The notes under the pieces were generated by a model, which worked only from the letters and a program-made list of their open reading frames with translations, did no database searches and had not been told where the DNA came from. A stretch of DNA of 64,000 nucleotides, from assembly GCA_963422205.2 (NCBI GenBank), contig CAXMWX010000005.1, positions 672,001 through 736,000 on the forward strand. The letters are read 5' to 3'. This document shows positions 1 to 11,092 of this stretch, piece by piece. The position numbers and the translations under genes were made by a program. Origin of the DNA: Gammaproteobacteria bacterium. Its GTDB lineage: Bacteria > Pseudomonadota > Gammaproteobacteria > Eutrophobiales > Eutrophobiaceae. Numbering within the stretch: position 1 is the stretch's first letter; every line of letters begins with the position of its first letter.

Positions 1-34
1 TCAACGGGCCTGCATGTGTTTGCATGGCTCATTC

Positions 35-1450
35 TCAATTAACTGCCGTCCCGTATTGCTGATAGAGATGCGGGCCTAACTGACCAATGTCGCCAGCACC
101 GAGTATGAGTAACATGTCTCCCTCGTTGATGACATGGGCAATCATGGCGGCCACATCATCCTGTGCTGTTACATATATCGGATGAACGCCACCCTTCACA
201 CCGATAGCACGGCACAAGGTGCGGCTGTCCACGCCGGTGATGGGTTGCTCGCCTGCCGGATAGATATCCAACACAAGTAACACCTCAACCACGGCCAGCA
301 CCTGACAGAATTCCTCAAACAGATCTCTGGTGCGGGTATATCGGTGCGGCTGGAATACAACCACGATGCGCTTAGCTGGCCAGCCCGCAGCAACCGCCTG
401 ATAGACAGCACGAATTTCAGTCGGGTGATGGGCATAGTCATCTATCACCTGCACGGTTTTACCCGACAAACAGACACTGCCCAGCAGGCTTGAACGCCGG
501 TCAATGCCGGCAAATCGGGCCAGCCCGGCGGTAATGTGCTCAAGGCTTACCCCCAGCTCGGCGGCCACAGCACAGGCTGCTAGGGCATTCGACACATTAT
601 GTCGACCGGGCATATTCAAACGCATGTCCATTGCCTGCCTGATCTTGTTGCCCGCCAGTTCAAACCGGGTTTCTGATGCGCTGAACTGCATATTTCTGGC
701 GATATAATCTGCCTGCGAATCGATGCCGTAAGTGACAACCGGTTTATGAATGTCGGCCAGGATGTCCTGCACACCCGCATCATCCAGACAGACAACAGCC
801 AGGCCATAAAAAGGCAGCCGATAGAGAAACTCGGTAAAGCCTTGCTTTAAGTTATCGTAACTCGCCTGATAGTTTTCCAGATGATCTGCATCAATGTTGG
901 TGATGACCGCATACACAGGGCAGAGATGCAGAAAAGAGCCATCGCTTTCATCTGCCTCTGCCACCAGATAACGGCCAGCACCCAGCCGGGCATTGCTGCC
1001 CGTGCTATTGAGCCGCCCGCCGATAACATAGGTTGGATCCAGCCCGCCCTCTGCCAACAGGCTGGCGATTAAACTGGTCGTTGTCGTCTTGCCATGCGTG
1101 CCGGCGATGGCGATGCCCTGCCTGAAACGCATCAGCTCAGAGAGCATTTCTGCCCGTGGCACAACCGGTATTTTTTTATTGCGGGCGGCGAGTATTTCAG
1201 TATTATCCTCAGCAACAGCCGCCGAATAGACAACAACATCACTGCCATTGACGTGTGCCTCGCTATGCCTGTGATGAATGCGTATGCCCATAGCGTCAAG
1301 GTGTTGCGTGATGGCAGTTATTTTCAGATCCGTGCCGGACACCTCATAACCCAGGTTATGCAATACTTCGGCAATGCCACACATGCCCGCACCACCGATC
1401 CCCACAAAATGGATATGATTAACACGCTGCATATCATTAGTCGCCCTCAT
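35..1450 (-). CDS. murC: UDP-N-acetylmuramate--L-alanine ligase
   Basis: Motifs HIHFVGIGGAGMCGIAEVL, GTHGKTTTT, VAEADESD and DDYAHHPTE. Start placed at the ATG overlapping the murG stop (ATGA, 1447-1450); the ORF track extends to 1468. Confidence 0.97.
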   Translation of the reverse strand: MRATNDMQRVNHIHFVGIGGAGMCGIAEVLHNLGYEVSGTDLKITAITQHLDAMGIRIHHRHSEAHVNGSDVVVYSAAVAEDNTEILAARNKKIPVVPRAEMLSELMRFRQGIAIAGTHGKTTTTSLIASLLAEGGLDPTYVIGGRLNSTGSNARLGAGRYLVAEADESDGSFLHLCPVYAVITNIDADHLENYQASYDNLKQGFTEFLYRLPFYGLAVVCLDDAGVQDILADIHKPVVTYGIDSQADYIARNMQFSASETRFELAGNKIRQAMDMRLNMPGRHNVSNALAACAVAAELGVSLEHITAGLARFAGIDRRSSLLGSVCLSGKTVQVIDDYAHHPTEIRAVYQAVAAGWPAKRIVVVFQPHRYTRTRDLFEEFCQVLAVVEVLLVLDIYPAGEQPITGVDSRTLCRAIGVKGGVHPIYVTAQDDVAAMIAHVINEGDMLLILGAGDIGQLGPHLYQQYGTAVN

Positions 1451-2535
1451 CTGCATAAATCCATGCAATACTCAGCAATCACACGGGCAGCATTCGGGCG
1501 GGCCAGGGCGCGGCTGTTCCTGGCCATGGTGAGCAGGCGCCGTCTGTCGCAACACAAATCCAACAAGATGGCTTGCAGTCTCTTAGCATCAAGCTCGGTT
1601 TCCTGACATATAACAGCGGCACCCGCTGCACACAGATAACGCGCATTGCAGGTTTGATGATCATCAACGGCATGGGGATAGGGGATCAGGATTGCCCCCA
1701 GACCGGCGGCGCATAACTCAGCGATGGTAAGCGCCCCGGCCCGACAAATGACCACATCCGCCCAGGCATAGGCGCTCGACATCTCTTCAATAAAGCCACT
1801 CAAACGCACATCAGCCAGGCTTAATCTGGCATACACCTGCCGGGTGTCTTCATATTTTGCCATACCACACTGATGCCATATCGAGACCGGATAACTGTGA
1901 TTAACTGCCATCAGTGCCGCTGGCACAATACGGTTCAGGCTGGCAGCGCCCTGACTGCCGCCCAGTATCAGCAGCTTGATACGATCATCATGGTCGCTTA
2001 TGCGCTGCTCAGGGGCAGGCAGATCAGCAATGCTGGTGCGTACCGGATTACCACAGGTGATGGCCCTGATCCTTGCTCTGGCTGGAAAGCTGTCAGGAAA
2101 CCCCTGAAATCTAACCCGTGCCAACGGTGCCAGCAGTCTATTCGTCAGCCCGGCGATGCTGTTTTGCTCATGAATACATAAGGGGATGCGTAGCAGCCAG
2201 GCAGCCACACCGCCCGGCCCGCTGACAAACCCACCCATGCCTAACACAACGGCGGGTTTAAGCTGCAAAAAAATACGCAGCGCCTGATAGACAGAGATAA
2301 GAATTTTTATCGGCGCATACAGCAAACGCACCGCGCCCTTGCCCCTGATACCGGCAATGCTCAAGGTAAATAATGTGATCCCCTGCTCTGGAACAACACG
2401 GGCTTCAAGACCACGCTGTGTACCAAGCCAGTACAGCGGGATTTTATTGGCACGGATGATATCGGCAATGGCCAGGGCCGGATAAATATGCCCGCCAGTA
2501 CCACCGGCCATAATCATGACAGGTTTATGCGGCAT
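1447..2535 (-). CDS. murG: Undecaprenyl-PP-MurNAc-pentapeptide N-acetylglucosamine transferase
   Basis: Motifs AGGTGGHIYPALA, HEQNSIAGLTN, GGSQGA, RAGALT and DDHQ; dcw position. Confidence 0.97.
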   Translation of the reverse strand: MPHKPVMIMAGGTGGHIYPALAIADIIRANKIPLYWLGTQRGLEARVVPEQGITLFTLSIAGIRGKGAVRLLYAPIKILISVYQALRIFLQLKPAVVLGMGGFVSGPGGVAAWLLRIPLCIHEQNSIAGLTNRLLAPLARVRFQGFPDSFPARARIRAITCGNPVRTSIADLPAPEQRISDHDDRIKLLILGGSQGAASLNRIVPAALMAVNHSYPVSIWHQCGMAKYEDTRQVYARLSLADVRLSGFIEEMSSAYAWADVVICRAGALTIAELCAAGLGAILIPYPHAVDDHQTCNARYLCAAGAAVICQETELDAKRLQAILLDLCCDRRRLLTMARNSRALARPNAARVIAEYCMDLCR

Positions 2536-3721
2536 AGTGTGTCACCGCATCAGGGGGCTGTGCCTTTATGTGATGATGCGTCTCATAGCCAATGCGTAAC
2601 AACAGGGCAATAAACAGACAGCTGACGATAATACTGTTACTGCCATAGCTGAGCAGAGGCAGGGTTAGCCCCTTGGTCGGCAACAGACCGGTGTTGACCC
2701 CCATGTTCACAAATGCCTGTATGCCCAGAATGAGACCGGTGCCATAGGCCATATAAGCGGAAAATCTCCTCCCGGCATCATAGGCGGTATGGCCGATGAC
2801 AAAGGCGCGCCAGGCAATGGTAAAAAATGCCATGATCACGGCAAGACAAAATAACAAACCCATCTCCTCTGCAAGCACGGCAAAGAGAAAGTCCGTGTGT
2901 GCCTCTGGCAGGTAAAATAATTTTTGTACGCCGCTGCCAAGCCCGACCCCGAACCACTCTCCCCGACCGAAGGCTATCAGGGCTTGAGTGAGTTGGAAGC
3001 CCGAATGAAACGGGTCCTGCCAGGGATCGATAAATGCGGTCAGCCTCTGCATACGATAAGGTGATACAATAGCCAGGCAGACAAGCGCAAGCGTTGCCGT
3101 CAATACCCAGACGATGAATCGACTTAACGGCACACCGGCCATAAACAACATGCCTAAAATTGTGGTAAACAACACCACCATTGAACCATAATCAGGCTCC
3201 AGCAATAGCAGTGCTGAAATTATCGTTACGATGATAATTGGCTTGATAAAACCCGAAAAAGTCTGCCGCACCTGTGCATTATGTCTGACCAGATAAGCCG
3301 CGATATAGGTGATCACAAAAAGTTTAACCGGCTCTGAGCTTTGAAAATTTACCGGTCCGATCGGGATCCAGCGCAGACTGCCATTGATCTCCTTGCCCAC
3401 CCCCGGAAGCAGCACAAGTATTAATAAAAATAACGCCAGGAAAAGCAGGGCGGTGCTCATGCGCTGCCAGATTCTTAGCGGCATATTTAAGACCACCAAG
3501 GCGCAGAGCAATCCGATGACTATGGCGAATCCCTGTCGCCATAAAAAATAATACGGATTGTGATATAACCTCTCGGCCATGGTTATGGATGATGAGAGAA
3601 CCATGATGATGCCGGTGGATAACAGAAATAAGACAGCACAGATCAGCACCGCATCATACTTGAACAATGGTTCTGCTGGCTTGTCGCCGGAATCGATCCT
3701 GATGGCCTGTGCCCGGCTCAT
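2525..3721 (-). CDS. ftsW: Peptidoglycan glycosyltransferase FtsW (SEDS family)
   Basis: Polytopic membrane protein with RWI, EPDYG, LPEAHTDF and PTKGLTLPLLSYG; lies between murD and murG. Confidence 0.96.
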   Translation of the reverse strand: MSRAQAIRIDSGDKPAEPLFKYDAVLICAVLFLLSTGIIMVLSSSITMAERLYHNPYYFLWRQGFAIVIGLLCALVVLNMPLRIWQRMSTALLFLALFLLILVLLPGVGKEINGSLRWIPIGPVNFQSSEPVKLFVITYIAAYLVRHNAQVRQTFSGFIKPIIIVTIISALLLLEPDYGSMVVLFTTILGMLFMAGVPLSRFIVWVLTATLALVCLAIVSPYRMQRLTAFIDPWQDPFHSGFQLTQALIAFGRGEWFGVGLGSGVQKLFYLPEAHTDFLFAVLAEEMGLLFCLAVIMAFFTIAWRAFVIGHTAYDAGRRFSAYMAYGTGLILGIQAFVNMGVNTGLLPTKGLTLPLLSYGSNSIIVSCLFIALLLRIGYETHHHIKAQPPDAVTHYAA

Positions 3722-5115
3722 GTAACCCCCTCATGATTGGCTGACAATGCCAGCACGGCTGTACAAAAACTCGCCCCGCGCGCTTCAAAGTTTGCAAACA
3801 TATCCAGACTTGAACAGGCCGGTGATAACAAGACGATATCCCCGGCTGTGGCCCTGCTTGCAGCCATCATCACCGCTGCTGGCATATCCTTAACAAAACA
3901 ACAGGCGTTTTTATCCGTATGGATGTTTGCCAATTGTTCGGCATCTTTGCCCAGCAGCACCGAGTATTTTACATGGCGTACAACAGGTGTACGCAGCACA
4001 CTGAAATCCGCCTCCTTGCCATCACCACCAGCGATAAGAATGATATTTGCCGGCACCTCTCCGAGACCATTAATCGCCGCTACAGTCGCCCCCGGATTGG
4101 TGGCCTTGGAATCGTTAATCCAGCGCACCTGATTGATCTCTGCAACAGTCTCACAGCGATGAGCCAGCCCGGTGAATTTTATGGCAGCGCTCGCCATCGC
4201 CTTAAAATCAAGCTCAAGCGCCTTGCCCAAGGCAAAGCAAGCCAGCAGATTGGCAAGATTATGCCTGCCTTGCAAAGCCACCTCATCAACGGCCAGCAGT
4301 TTCTGCCCCCGGCAGGTGAAATAATCACGCTGTGCTACCCTCTGGATACAGAAATCGCCCGCCTTCTTATCTGATAATGAATAACTGATCACCTTGCTAT
4401 CGGAACGGGCCATGGCATGGCAATAAGCATCGTCAAAATTAATCACCATCACCTCAGAGCCAGCATAGATTTTCTCTTTGGTCTTTGCATAAGCGGCCAG
4501 ACTTTCATAGCGATCCATGTGGTCTTGCGAAATATTCAACACCACGGCGGCCTTTGCATTTAAGTTAGCTATTCTCTCAAGCTGAAAACTGGACAGTTCC
4601 AGTAAATAATAATCAGGCACGGCACCTGCCAGTAATGTAAGCGCAGGCGTGCCAGTATTGCCGCCCACCGCCACCGACCTGCCTGCCGCCTTTAGCATCT
4701 CGGCAAATAAACTGACCACCGTGGTTTTGCCATTGGCACCGGTCACAGCAATAATTGGTTGAGTACAATGCTGGATAAAAAGCTGGATATCGCCGGTCAA
4801 TTTATCGGCCATATCAGCCGCTGACTCATACAAGCTGCGCTCAAGTTTTATCCCGGGGCTGACGATAATATGCGCTGCACGATTAAACAAAGCCGCATTG
4901 AACTCACCGAATATCACGGGTATATCGGGATAGTGCTGCTGCAATTTTTTCAGATATGGGGGGTTGCGGTGCATATCAGCGACAACGATACGCTCTGTCC
5001 TGGCGGATAGAAACTCAACACAGGAATAGCCCGTCCTGCCAAGCCCCAGTATCAGATACGCTATGTCGGCATTATCCTCAGACATGATCGCATCGTTTGC
5101 CAAAGCGGTAAGCAC
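3718..5115 (-). CDS. murD: UDP-N-acetylmuramoyl-L-alanine--D-glutamate ligase
   Basis: Motifs GLGRTG, TGANGKTT, ELSSFQL, NDSKATN and LLSPACSSLD. Start may instead be the ATG at 5085. Confidence 0.96.
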   Translation of the reverse strand: MLTALANDAIMSEDNADIAYLILGLGRTGYSCVEFLSARTERIVVADMHRNPPYLKKLQQHYPDIPVIFGEFNAALFNRAAHIIVSPGIKLERSLYESAADMADKLTGDIQLFIQHCTQPIIAVTGANGKTTVVSLFAEMLKAAGRSVAVGGNTGTPALTLLAGAVPDYYLLELSSFQLERIANLNAKAAVVLNISQDHMDRYESLAAYAKTKEKIYAGSEVMVINFDDAYCHAMARSDSKVISYSLSDKKAGDFCIQRVAQRDYFTCRGQKLLAVDEVALQGRHNLANLLACFALGKALELDFKAMASAAIKFTGLAHRCETVAEINQVRWINDSKATNPGATVAAINGLGEVPANIILIAGGDGKEADFSVLRTPVVRHVKYSVLLGKDAEQLANIHTDKNACCFVKDMPAAVMMAASRATAGDIVLLSPACSSLDMFANFEARGASFCTAVLALSANHEGVT

Positions 5116-5121
5116 CCGTTA

Positions 5122-6204
5122 TCACCTTACCTTAAGACTGGCCAGGCCAATCAACACAAGAATGACAGTAATTATCCAGAAGCGGACGATAACCCTGGGC
5201 TCAGGCCAACCCTTCAATTCATAATGATGATGTAACGGGGCCATACGAAAAATGCGTTTGCCGGTAAGTTTGTAAGAGGCCACCTGTAAAATAACCGAGA
5301 CGGTTTCGATCACAAACACCCCTCCCATGATGCCCAAGATCAACTCTTGCCTGACAACGACGGCGATAACACCCAATGCCGCCCCCAAAGCAAGCGCACC
5401 AATATCCCCCATAAAAACCTGTGCCGGGTAGGTGTTGAACCATAAAAATCCCAGCCCTGAACCGGCAATCGCACCGCAGATAATGCACACCTCTCCAACA
5501 CCCGGAACATAGGGAATAGCAAGATATTCTGCAAAGCGAACATGCCCTGCCGCATAGGCAAAAACTGCCAGCGCAGCGACCACCAGCACAGTAGGCATGA
5601 TCGCCAGGCCATCCAGCCCATCTGTCAGGTTGACCGCATTACTCGAACCAACGATAACAAAATAAGCAAACACCACGTAAAACCAGCCCATGTTAAAACT
5701 GACATCCTTGATATAGGGCAGGATAAGCTGTGTCTCGGCCGGCAGGGTCGCCGTAGTAAACAAAAACCCGGCGGCAAGAAAACCAATGACAGACTGCCAG
5801 AGGTATTTCCAGCGGGGCCTGAGACCCACCGGATCAGACTTGACGATCTTCTTGTAATCATCAATGAAGCCGACCAGCGCAAAGCCGAGTATGACGAAAA
5901 AGACAACCCATACATAGCGGTTATTAAGGTCTCCCCAGCACAAGACACTGAATGCGATGGATAAGATGATCAGCATCCCGCCCATGGTCGGGGTACCGGC
6001 TTTGGTGAAGTGTGTCCTGGGGCCATCATCTCTGACAGCTTGCCCAATCTGATATTGATTTAACCAGCGGATTAACGATGGCCCGGCAATCAGGGCAATA
6101 AACAATGCCGTCAATGCGCCCAGTATGGTACGCATGGTAATGTACTGGAAAACATTAAACCCACTGTGGAACTGAGTTAAGTAGTCGGTCAGCCAGAGCA
6201 ACAT
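5122..6204 (-). CDS. mraY: Phospho-N-acetylmuramoyl-pentapeptide transferase
   Basis: Motifs [26 protein letters not shown] and MAPLHHHYE; 360 aa. Confidence 0.98.
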   Translation of the reverse strand: MLLWLTDYLTQFHSGFNVFQYITMRTILGALTALFIALIAGPSLIRWLNQYQIGQAVRDDGPRTHFTKAGTPTMGGMLIILSIAFSVLCWGDLNNRYVWVVFFVILGFALVGFIDDYKKIVKSDPVGLRPRWKYLWQSVIGFLAAGFLFTTATLPAETQLILPYIKDVSFNMGWFYVVFAYFVIVGSSNAVNLTDGLDGLAIMPTVLVVAALAVFAYAAGHVRFAEYLAIPYVPGVGEVCIICGAIAGSGLGFLWFNTYPAQVFMGDIGALALGAALGVIAVVVRQELILGIMGGVFVIETVSVILQVASYKLTGKRIFRMAPLHHHYELKGWPEPRVIVRFWIITVILVLIGLASLKVR

Positions 6205-6207
6205 GAC

Positions 6208-7575
6208 TTAATGTCCCTCACAGATTGCACTGATGATGGTATCCATTGCCATAGAGCGGGAGCCTTTGATCAGCACATTGCAATCCGGCTTCAGCAAGGA
6301 GATAAGTACAGCAATCAGTTCCTCTCTCTCCCGGTAGAATACGGCGCCTTCACCAAACCCCCTCACCGCTTCAGTTGCCAGCTCGCCGGTCGCAATAAGC
6401 CGGCTGAAGCCTAACTCTCTTGCCTGCTGACCTGCTGTAAAATGAAACTCCTCGGCCTGCTGGCCTAACTCAGCCATGTCACCTAACACCAGATATTTCT
6501 CTCCCGAGTAGTGCCTGACCGCCTGCATCGCTGCGGCCAGTGAAACCGGATTGGCATTATAGGTATCGTTAAATATCCTCGACTGCTGCCTGCCCATCAG
6601 TATCTGCATTCGGCCAGCCACAGCCTGCACCGACTGTAACCCAGTCTTTATTTGCGCTAATGAAGTCCCGACAGCCAGAGAACACGCCGCTGCGGCAAGG
6701 GCGTTACGAATATTGTGCTTTCCGGGCAGAGGCAGGCTGACAGCGATCTGCCCGGCCATGCTGTGCAGGGTAAAATGTGAGCCATTTATCTGCTGATCAA
6801 AACAGACATCATGTGCTGATACCGAGGCTGGCTTATCGATACCAAAGGTTATCTGTGTTATATCACCAAGCTGTGCCCGCCAGTACGCATAAAAATCATC
6901 ATCGGCGTTAATGATGGCCGTATTGCCCTCATCATTACCTTCGGTCAGCCCGGCATAGACCTCGGCCTTGGCACGGGCAACGCCGGCAACCGAGCCAAAA
7001 CCATCGAGATGAGCAGGCGCACACAGCGTGATAACAGCAACTGTAGGTTGAGCAATCGCACACAAACCGGTGATCTCGCCGGGGTGATTCGCCCCCATTT
7101 CGATCACAGCATAGTCATGTTTTTTATCCATGCGAAACAAGGTCAATGGCACACCCAGTTCATTATTCAAATTCGCCTCGGTGGCCAATACCTCACTTCT
7201 GAGAGAGAGGATGGTGTTGACCATCTCCTTCACGGTTGTTTTGCCGTTACTGCCGGTTATCGCAATGACTGGCAGAGAAAAATGGCGGCGCCACTCGGCG
7301 GCCAGGTTGGCAAGCCGAATCCGGGTATCATCAACCTGTATCCGGGTTGCCTTAACTTGCCTGTTTTTGCTATCAACCAATGCGGCAACCGCACCCCGGG
7401 CAATCGCCGACTGAATGAAGTCATGGCCATCAAACCGATCACCCTGAATGGCTATAAACAACTCGCCCGGTGCAATCGTTCTGCTGTCGATGCCACACCC
7501 CTGAAAGCAATCGTCCTGCCCCAGCAAAGTGCCTTGCATGATCTTGGCAGCTTCAGATAACCGCATCGCTATCAT
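6208..7575 (-). CDS. murF: UDP-N-acetylmuramoyl-tripeptide--D-alanyl-D-alanine ligase
   Basis: Motifs IDSR, TGSNGKTTVKE, NNELGVPLTL, NDTYNANP and KGSR; ATGA overlap with the murE stop. Confidence 0.96.
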   Translation of the reverse strand: MIAMRLSEAAKIMQGTLLGQDDCFQGCGIDSRTIAPGELFIAIQGDRFDGHDFIQSAIARGAVAALVDSKNRQVKATRIQVDDTRIRLANLAAEWRRHFSLPVIAITGSNGKTTVKEMVNTILSLRSEVLATEANLNNELGVPLTLFRMDKKHDYAVIEMGANHPGEITGLCAIAQPTVAVITLCAPAHLDGFGSVAGVARAKAEVYAGLTEGNDEGNTAIINADDDFYAYWRAQLGDITQITFGIDKPASVSAHDVCFDQQINGSHFTLHSMAGQIAVSLPLPGKHNIRNALAAAACSLAVGTSLAQIKTGLQSVQAVAGRMQILMGRQQSRIFNDTYNANPVSLAAAMQAVRHYSGEKYLVLGDMAELGQQAEEFHFTAGQQARELGFSRLIATGELATEAVRGFGEGAVFYREREELIAVLISLLKPDCNVLIKGSRSMAMDTIISAICEGH

Positions 7576-9086
7576 TGCCGCCCCTCGATACAATTACGTA
7601 CCTGCTGTCGATCACTGAAGGGGTAGCGCTTGTTTTTTATTTCCTGCCAGGTCTCATGCCCTTTACCGGCGATCAAAACAATATCGTTGCCGGTGGCCAT
7701 GGCGATAGCCTGTGTGATCGCCTTCGAACGATTATGCTCAATAACGACAGCATCAGGCAGCGGTATGCCCGATAAAATATCCTGTACGATTTTCTCAGGC
7801 GGCTCATGACGGGGATTATCATCCGTGATAATAATCTCATCAGCCAGTTGCGATACCACAGCGCCCATTTTTGGCCGCTTGCTGTTATCCCGGTCGCCAC
7901 CACAGCCAAACACACAGATCAACCTGCCTTTGCAACGCCGTTTCAGCGTTGACAGAACCTGTCCCAGGGCATCGGGCGTGTGGGCATAATCCACATACAC
8001 TTTTGCACCGGCATCTGTAGTAAACTCTTCAAGGCGACCAGGCACGGCCTGCAAACCTTCAAGCGCAGGAACGATATCGACCAAGCGAAAACCCAAACGC
8101 AGCAGGACAGCTGTCACGGCCAACAGATTGGATATGTTGAATGTGCCTTTGATCTTTGTCATGAAGTCGATCTTGCCAAATGCACCGGAGAGCCACACGT
8201 GATAAAAATCATCATTGATGCTTTCAATTCGTGCCTGTAGATGCTGCTCTGCCGCCTTCACGGTGGCAGCAGCGGGGCTTGCAGCATAGGTAATCATGTC
8301 AAGTTCAGCGGCAAGCATCTCGGCAAATAACCGTCCCGTTGCATCATCGAGATTAATAACAGCACACCTCATCCCTTCATGCCTGAACAGGCTGGCCTTA
8401 CTCTCCCGATAAGATTCCAGATCACCGTGATAATCCAGATGTTCATGGGACAGATTGGTAAACACACCGGTATCAATTTTAAGACCGGCTGTCCGGCCCT
8501 GTACCAGGGCATGGGATGAGGCTTCCATAAAGGCGGCCTTGACATTCTCAGCGGCAAACTGCGCTAAGTATTTATGCAGGGTAATGGCATCTGGTGTGGT
8601 GTGGGCAGTGATATCCAGATCAGGAAATTTACCGGCGCCCAATGTACCGATCAAACCACATGGCTGGGCACTTAGCCTGGCATAAAGTTGTGCCAGCCAC
8701 CAGCTGACCGAGGTTTTACCATTGGTACCGGTAATGGCGATCAACGACAATGCCTTTGAGGGATGTTGATAAAAACGGCTGGCAATGATGCCGACTTTTC
8801 TGGCCAGGCAAGGCACAATATAAACAGGTACGTTGATTTTATCCGGGCAGATAAGCCCCTGTTCAATAGCAACAGCACAGGCACCGGCCTCTATGGCGTC
8901 ATTGATATAATCGACACCATGTGAACGCATGCCTTTGCACGCCATGAATAAATCGCCCAGCTCGGTCATCCGGCTGTCCGTGCTGATGCCGTTCACGCTT
9001 AAATCTGTATTGATATTCTCATCAGTCAAGCCCGCTAACAGTTGCTGTAACGGGATCCCGGTTGATTGTTCGTGTAGGGCCATCAT
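7572..9086 (-). CDS. murE: UDP-N-acetylmuramoyl-L-alanyl-D-glutamate--2,6-diaminopimelate ligase
   Basis: Motifs TGTNGKTS, EASSHAL, VDYAHTPDAL, DNPR (meso-DAP-specific) and AGKGHE. Confidence 0.97.
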   Translation of the reverse strand: MMALHEQSTGIPLQQLLAGLTDENINTDLSVNGISTDSRMTELGDLFMACKGMRSHGVDYINDAIEAGACAVAIEQGLICPDKINVPVYIVPCLARKVGIIASRFYQHPSKALSLIAITGTNGKTSVSWWLAQLYARLSAQPCGLIGTLGAGKFPDLDITAHTTPDAITLHKYLAQFAAENVKAAFMEASSHALVQGRTAGLKIDTGVFTNLSHEHLDYHGDLESYRESKASLFRHEGMRCAVINLDDATGRLFAEMLAAELDMITYAASPAAATVKAAEQHLQARIESINDDFYHVWLSGAFGKIDFMTKIKGTFNISNLLAVTAVLLRLGFRLVDIVPALEGLQAVPGRLEEFTTDAGAKVYVDYAHTPDALGQVLSTLKRRCKGRLICVFGCGGDRDNSKRPKMGAVVSQLADEIIITDDNPRHEPPEKIVQDILSGIPLPDAVVIEHNRSKAITQAIAMATGNDIVLIAGKGHETWQEIKNKRYPFSDRQQVRNCIEGRQ

Positions 9087-10819
9087 GGGTTACTTTGCGC
9101 CATGGTTTGTCCCGGGTTTAAGTGATGCTTGTTTAATTGCTCACGATTATCGGGCGGAATATTCAAAATACGTAACGCTGCTTTCATGACAGAGGCAAAC
9201 ACCGGGGCGGCCACCTGGCCACCAAAATACTGCCCGGCCTGTGGCTCATCGATCACCACGACCATCACCAGTCGTGGTCGGCTGGCAGGTGCTATACCGG
9301 CAAACAAAGATAAATATTTATCTCCCTCATAGCCTGTGGCAGCGAGTTTATGCACTGTGCCAGTCTTGCCGGCGATGTGGTAGCCAGGCACGGCAGCACG
9401 TGAGCCGGAGCCGTCATCATCTACCACGGCCTGCATCATCTGCCGTATCTGCCTCACCATGCCCGCTGGCAATATGCGCTCGGCAGACGGCAGGCGAGGC
9501 TGCTCCAGCTTGACAAAGCTGACCGGTCTTAACAGCCCGTCAGCAGCGAGCAGGCTATACGCCTGTGCCAGTTGCAAGGTGGTGACAGACAAACCATAAC
9601 CAAAGGAAATGGTCGCCAATTCCAACTCCGACCACTGCCTGAAGTCATTTAATAAACCGCTCACCTCGCCCGGATAGCCGCTGCCCGTCTGCTTGCCAAA
9701 ACCGATAGCACTGTGTACCTGCCATAATATTTCAGGCCCCAACTCAAGTGCGATCCGGCTGGTGCCCACATTACTGGATTTTTTGATGATATTTTTCATA
9801 TCCAGCACACCGTAATTATTGATATCTTTAATGGTATGCTGGCCTATGGTAAAAAAACCGGGCGCAGTCGATATCCTGCTATCGCTGGTGAACACCCCTG
9901 AATGCAAGGCAGCAGCGATCGTAAAGGGTTTTATGGTTGAACCTGGCTCAAAGACATCAGTAACCACACGGTTGCGGTAATGATCGCTTCGCAGATTTCG
10001 GCGGTTGTTGGGGTTAAACGAGGGTTGCCCGGCAAGCGCCAGCACTTCACCAGTCGCTGCATCCAGCAGTAACAACATGCCGGCCCTGGCCTGATGGTGT
10101 TTCACCGCCGCCTTCAACTCACGATAAGCCAGATACTGCAAACGCTTGTCAATACTGAGCGTTAATGTCTTGCCTGGTCTGGCGGGTTCTATACTTTCAA
10201 TATTTTTAATAATATGCCCCAGCCGATCTTTCAGCACACGCTTGGCACCATCTGTGCCTTTTAACCAATGATCAAAAGCCAATTCCAGCCCTTCCTGACC
10301 GGCATCATCGACATTCGTAAAACCCAGCAGGTGGGCAGTTACCTCTCCGATGGGATAATAGCGTTTATACTCACGCTGCATATTGACCCCGGGAACTTTA
10401 AGCGCCAGGATTTGCTGTGCCAGTGCTGGCTCAACATGACGTTTCAAATAAACAAACTTGCGCTTGCGCCTTTGCTGTAGAAGCGAGATGAGCGCATCGC
10501 TGTCCATGGCAAGCAGCCTGGCCAGAGGCTCAAGCGCCTGGCCGGAAGCCAGGACATCATCTGGCCTTACCCATATTGATGCCACCGGTGTGCTGACAGC
10601 CAGCGGCTCGCCATGGGCATCGGTGATAAGCCCCCGGTGTGCGGGTGTTGCAATGACCCTGACGGCGCGTGCATCGCCATGATTGATGAGAAAGTCTTTG
10701 CTGAATATCTGCAAATGGATCACCCGCCAGCCCAGGATGAGCGTAGCAAGCACGAGCAGACCTGAAAGAATATGTCTTCGGCCCTTGCCGGCCTGATGAT
10801 GCGTGCTATTGCTATTCAT
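9083..10819 (-). CDS. ftsI: Penicillin-binding protein 3 (septal transpeptidase)
   Basis: N-terminal TM segment; STIK (SxxK), SSN and KTG catalytic motifs. Confidence 0.96.
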   Translation of the reverse strand: MNSNSTHHQAGKGRRHILSGLLVLATLILGWRVIHLQIFSKDFLINHGDARAVRVIATPAHRGLITDAHGEPLAVSTPVASIWVRPDDVLASGQALEPLARLLAMDSDALISLLQQRRKRKFVYLKRHVEPALAQQILALKVPGVNMQREYKRYYPIGEVTAHLLGFTNVDDAGQEGLELAFDHWLKGTDGAKRVLKDRLGHIIKNIESIEPARPGKTLTLSIDKRLQYLAYRELKAAVKHHQARAGMLLLLDAATGEVLALAGQPSFNPNNRRNLRSDHYRNRVVTDVFEPGSTIKPFTIAAALHSGVFTSDSRISTAPGFFTIGQHTIKDINNYGVLDMKNIIKKSSNVGTSRIALELGPEILWQVHSAIGFGKQTGSGYPGEVSGLLNDFRQWSELELATISFGYGLSVTTLQLAQAYSLLAADGLLRPVSFVKLEQPRLPSAERILPAGMVRQIRQMMQAVVDDDGSGSRAAVPGYHIAGKTGTVHKLAATGYEGDKYLSLFAGIAPASRPRLVMVVVIDEPQAGQYFGGQVAAPVFASVMKAALRILNIPPDNREQLNKHHLNPGQTMAQSNP

Positions 10820-10828
10820 GACATAAGA

Positions 10829-11092
10829 TCATGGCATAAGAAAAATTTGCGCCGCCTGCCCTGGTTCATACATGCCCAGTTCCTGTCTTGCCAGATTTTC
10901 AATCCGATCACTGATAGCCCAGGTACTCTGCTCAAGCTGTAGTCTCCCCCACTCCTCATCCAGCTGATCACGGGTGTTCTCCAGCACCTGTAATTCGATA
11001 AAATGATTCCGGGCGTTATGTTGTACTATCACCACTTCAATAGCCGATCCGATCACCCCGGCCAGTAACGTCAGCATCAGCAGATACCTCAT
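10829..11092 (-). CDS. ftsL: Cell division protein FtsL
   Basis: 87 aa with TM plus coiled coil (EWGRLQLEQSTW..RIE..AR..LGM), between rsmH and ftsI. Confidence 0.93.
   Translation of the reverse strand: MRYLLMLTLLAGVIGSAIEVVIVQHNARNHFIELQVLENTRDQLDEEWGRLQLEQSTWAISDRIENLARQELGMYEPGQAAQIFLMP

Noticed and set aside
1-31. Start of the gene downstream of murC (murB expected)
   Set aside because: Only ~10 codons lie in the window, so the identity cannot be supported.
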